64,000 nt of DNA from Thermoanaerobaculales bacterium. Lineage in GTDB: Bacteria; Acidobacteriota; Thermoanaerobaculia; Thermoanaerobaculales; Sulfomarinibacteraceae. A program made the position numbers and the translations under genes. The notes under the pieces were generated by a model, which was not told where the DNA came from, ran no database searches, and saw only the letters and a list, made by a program, of their open reading frames with translations. Shown here in pieces: positions 59,488 through 64,000 of the stretch. The stretch spans positions 9,999 to 73,998 of the forward strand of contig DAOPQC010000013.1 of the NCBI GenBank assembly GCA_035358815.1. Direction: 5' to 3'. How positions within the stretch are numbered: the stretch's first letter is position 1; each line of letters begins with the position of its first letter.

Positions 59488-62149
59488 TCTCCGGCGGCGG
59501 GAGCGGGGGCAGGGTCCCGGCAGCGGCGACCACCACCCGCTCGGGGTGGAGGTGGCGCCGGATTGCGGCCACCACCTCCTCGCGCGTCACCTCGAGCAGC
59601 CGCTCGGGGTAGTGGTCGAGCGAGGCCACCGCCTCGCCCGCCGTCAGCGCCGCCACCAGCTCGCGGGCGACGCCGCCGTTGGTGGCCAGGCCGACCCGAT
59701 AGGCGCCGGCCTGGGCGAGCCGCTCGTCGGCCAGCTCCTCCTCGGTCGGCCCGGCAGCGGCATAGCCGGCAAGCACCTCTCGCGTCAGGGCCACCGCCCG
59801 GTCCAGGTTGTCGCCGGCCACTGACAGCGAGATCGCCCACGGCCCGGCCATGCGCAGGGTGCCGAAGAAGCGGGAGTAGATGCCGTAGCTGAGGCCGGCT
59901 TGGTCCCTCACCGCCAGCCCGAGCCGCGAGGTCAGCGTCGACTGGCCCAGGCAGGCGTTGGCGAGGATCGCCGCCGGATGGTCGGGATCGCCGCGCAGCA
60001 GCTCGCCTCGGTGGCCCAGGAAGACGTCGAGATTGGGCCGGTCCGCCACCTCGATGCGCTGATCGCCGCCCCCTGATGGCTCCGCCGCGGGGAAGGCCGC
60101 CGGCTCGACGGCCGCGCCCCGCCAGCGGTCGAACGCCTCGCCGAAGCGCGCGATCACCTCGTTCGCCTCGACGTCGCCCACCACCGCCAGCGCGACCGTC
60201 GCCGGGCCGTAGGCCGCGGCGTGGAATGCGGCCAGGTCGTCGCAGGTCACCCCGAGCACCTCGCGCTCGCGCGCCTCGATCGCCCGCTTGTGCAGCGGGT
60301 GGCCCTCCGGGTAGAGCTGCCTGATCAGCGCGGCGTAGGCGAGCGCGTGGGTCTCCTCGCGCTCCCGCACCAGGGCGCCGAGGACCCGCTCACGCAGCTT
60401 CTCCAGCTCCTCGGCCGGGAAGGTCGGATGCTGCAGGACCTCGAGCAGGAGGTCGACGACCCGGGGCAACTCCTCGGCCAGGGCCTGGGCCGAGAAGGAC
60501 ACGGTGGTGGGCGCGCTTCCCGAGGCGCTGACCGTCAGCTGGAGGCCATGGTCCTCGAGCTCACGGGCGAGGCCCATCCGGTCGAAGCGCCGGGTCCCCC
60601 TGTCGAGCATCGCGGCGGTCAGGCCGGGCACGCTCCAGCGGCCGTCCGCCGCGCATGCCAGGCCCGCCTGCAGGGTACCGGTCACAGTCACGGTCGGTGC
60701 GTGGCGGTTGGTGAGCACCGCGATCCTGGCGCCCGAGCGGTGGTCGCGCACCGCCACCCGCTCGGCGAACGGCGCCCGCAGGTGACACGGGCGGGGCTGC
60801 GGCGACCCGGCGCGAGCGCCGCCGCCCGGGGCCTCCGGCACGAACCACCCGGTGGTCAGCCGCTGGTCGGTCAGGTAGTCGCCCGCGACCCGGGCCACGT
60901 CCTCGGCGGCAACCGCCGTCACCAGCTCGAGCTCGCGCGGGAACCGCCGCCAGTCGCCCATCGCCACCGACTCGGTGAGGCCGGACAGGATCTGGGCCGG
61001 CGACGAGCGGTGGAAGGCGAGGTCGGTGCGCATCTGGACCTTGGCCCGCGCCAGCTCGTCGGCGCCCGGCGGTGCCTGCCCGGCGGCGGCAACCTCCTCG
61101 CGGATGGCGTCCTCCACCTCGCGGTGCTCGACGCCCGGCGCGAGCGACGCCGCGATCTGGAGCACGCCCGGGTCGTGGAGCTCGAGCGCGTAGGCGTGGA
61201 CGCCGAGGCAGCGGTTGGTCTCCACCAGCCGGCGGTGGAGGCGGGAGGTGACGCCGTCGGCCAGCACCTGGGCCAGCACCGACAGCGCCGGCAGGTCGCG
61301 GTGGGTGCCGTGCGGGATGTGCCAGGTCAGCACCAGGTTGCCGAGCTCGCCGGCGCGCCGGATCTCGAACCGGCGCTCGCCCCGCTGCTCGCTCTCGGTG
61401 ATCGCGACGGCGGGAACCGGCGCCGGCGCCGGCGGCAGGCCGCCGAAGCCGCGCCCGACCTCGGTCAGGGCGCGGGCCTCGTCGATGTCCCCGACCACCA
61501 GCGCGACGGCGTTGTCGGGGTGGTAGTAGGTGTCGTAGAAGCGGCGCAGCACGTCGCCGGTCATCGACTCGACGTCGCCGCGCCAGCCGATGGTCGGGTG
61601 GCGGTAGGGGTGCTCGAGGTAGGCCTGGGCAAAGGCGCCCCTCATCAGCAGCTCGAACGGCTCGTTCTCCCCCATCTCGAGCTCGTTGAGCACCACGGTG
61701 CGCTCGCTCTCGAGGTCACAGTCGCGGACCAGCGCGCCGCGCATCCGGTCGGCCTCGACGTCGACTGCGAGCGGCAGGTGCTCCACCGGCAGCACCTCGT
61801 AGTAGCTGGTCCGGTCGAGCCAGGTGGTGGCGTTGAAGCTGGCGCCGACCCGGTGCAGCACGCGCGCGATCTCGGTCCCGCTCTCCCGGTTGAACCGGCG
61901 CGATCCCTTGAACATCAGGTGCTCGAGGATGTGGGTGGCGCCGGTGTGGCCGGTTCCCTCATGCCGCGACCCCACCCGGTAGACGATCCCGAAGCCGACG
62001 ACCGGGGCAACCGGGGTCGGCCACACCAGCAGGGTCAGGCCGTTGTCGCGGTGGCGCCACTCGCTGGCCCCTTCCAGGCGATCGACCAGGGCGAACCGGC
62101 TGTCGGCCATGCCACCTCCCGGCGCCCAGCGCCGCGATCCTGCCATCAT
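59480..62149 (-). CDS. fused two-module M16 (pitrilysin/insulinase) family zinc peptidase
   Basis: 889 aa. The inverted zinc motif [10 protein letters not shown] (HxxEH) is in the first half and the second half is a non-catalytic M16C-like repeat. The start is uncertain (MMAGS or MADSRF). Confidence 0.85.
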   Translation of the reverse strand: MMAGSRRWAPGGGMADSRFALVDRLEGASEWRHRDNGLTLLVWPTPVAPVVGFGIVYRVGSRHEGTGHTGATHILEHLMFKGSRRFNRESGTEIARVLHRVGASFNATTWLDRTSYYEVLPVEHLPLAVDVEADRMRGALVRDCDLESERTVVLNELEMGENEPFELLMRGAFAQAYLEHPYRHPTIGWRGDVESMTGDVLRRFYDTYYHPDNAVALVVGDIDEARALTEVGRGFGGLPPAPAPVPAVAITESEQRGERRFEIRRAGELGNLVLTWHIPHGTHRDLPALSVLAQVLADGVTSRLHRRLVETNRCLGVHAYALELHDPGVLQIAASLAPGVEHREVEDAIREEVAAAGQAPPGADELARAKVQMRTDLAFHRSSPAQILSGLTESVAMGDWRRFPRELELVTAVAAEDVARVAGDYLTDQRLTTGWFVPEAPGGGARAGSPQPRPCHLRAPFAERVAVRDHRSGARIAVLTNRHAPTVTVTGTLQAGLACAADGRWSVPGLTAAMLDRGTRRFDRMGLARELEDHGLQLTVSASGSAPTTVSFSAQALAEELPRVVDLLLEVLQHPTFPAEELEKLRERVLGALVREREETHALAYAALIRQLYPEGHPLHKRAIEAREREVLGVTCDDLAAFHAAAYGPATVALAVVGDVEANEVIARFGEAFDRWRGAAVEPAAFPAAEPSGGGDQRIEVADRPNLDVFLGHRGELLRGDPDHPAAILANACLGQSTLTSRLGLAVRDQAGLSYGIYSRFFGTLRMAGPWAISLSVAGDNLDRAVALTREVLAGYAAAGPTEEELADERLAQAGAYRVGLATNGGVARELVAALTAGEAVASLDHYPERLLEVTREEVVAAIRRHLHPERVVVAAAGTLPPLPPPERI

Positions 62150-62206
62150 ACCGGGCCGGCTCTGGTTCGCCCACCGGCTGGCGCCGGCGCCGCGCCGGGC
62201 CGGCGA

Positions 62207-62235
62207 TTGACGGCGGACGGCGCGAGTGCTACAAG
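62207..62235 (+). promoter_or_regulatory. sigma70-type promoter candidate for typA
   Basis: TTGACG (62207-62212), 17-nt spacer, TACAAG (62230-62235). It lies ~35 nt upstream of GTG 62269. Confidence 0.35.
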
Positions 62236-62268
62236 AACGGGCCCCGCCGCTCGGGCCCGGAGCGAAGC

Positions 62269-64000
<1,732 letters not shown>

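Overview
This is a 64-kb, very GC-rich (about 70% by eye) bacterial chromosomal segment, densely packed with core and housekeeping operons.

Gene content, in order:
- Minus strand: Cys-rich small ORF, hemL-like, hflX, fmdB.
- Plus strand: tRNA(CAU)-tilS-hpt-ftsH-folP-cdaA-cdaR-glmM.
- An alpha/beta hydrolase, apbC/mrp, and ArnT-like plus GT2 glycosyltransferases.
- A phosphoesterase / HEAT-cyclophilin-thioredoxin / 2-hydroxyacid dehydrogenase operon.
- accB-accC, preceded by a TPR protein and a Roadblock/LC7 protein.
- A pilMNOPQ type IV pilus operon extended by two lipoprotein genes.
- rpmB, rel, tgt-yajC-secD-secF, a lolA-like gene, a DUF3467 gene, htrA/degP and a GAF-GGDEF cyclase.
- The moxR-DUF58-batA-batB/C-batD operon, a Ser/Thr kinase, an MBL hydrolase, a fused M16 peptidase and typA (3'-truncated by the window edge).

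I see no phage genes, transposases, CRISPR arrays or recognisable defence genes.

The unusual signal is non-coding. Nearly every longer intergenic gap is filled by one modular (mosaic) repeat family, about 3.9 kb or roughly 6% of the window by my coordinates. The family is built from:
- GATCT/TAGGGG blocks;
- tandem CGCCCGCTTCCG units;
- (CCCGTT)n hexamer microsatellites, whose opposite strand is G-quadruplex-capable;
- a conserved ~80-nt long-stem hairpin core, present in 8 copies and 2 subfamilies with compensatory substitutions.

One member is bounded by perfect 27-bp terminal inverted repeats. One has undergone a recent 234-bp tandem duplication.

Secondary observations:
- a tRNA(CAU) sits immediately upstream of tilS behind a near-consensus promoter;
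- the HemL-like protein lacks the PLP-binding lysine;
- the pilus operon carries unusual lipoprotein additions;
- htrA has a sigma54-type promoter candidate.

All calls come from reading the sequence and the ORF translations by eye. No database search was possible, and start codons are approximate where noted. The taxon cannot be determined here; the gene repertoire is compatible with a high-GC Gram-negative lineage such as Acidobacteriota-like organisms, which is a guess.
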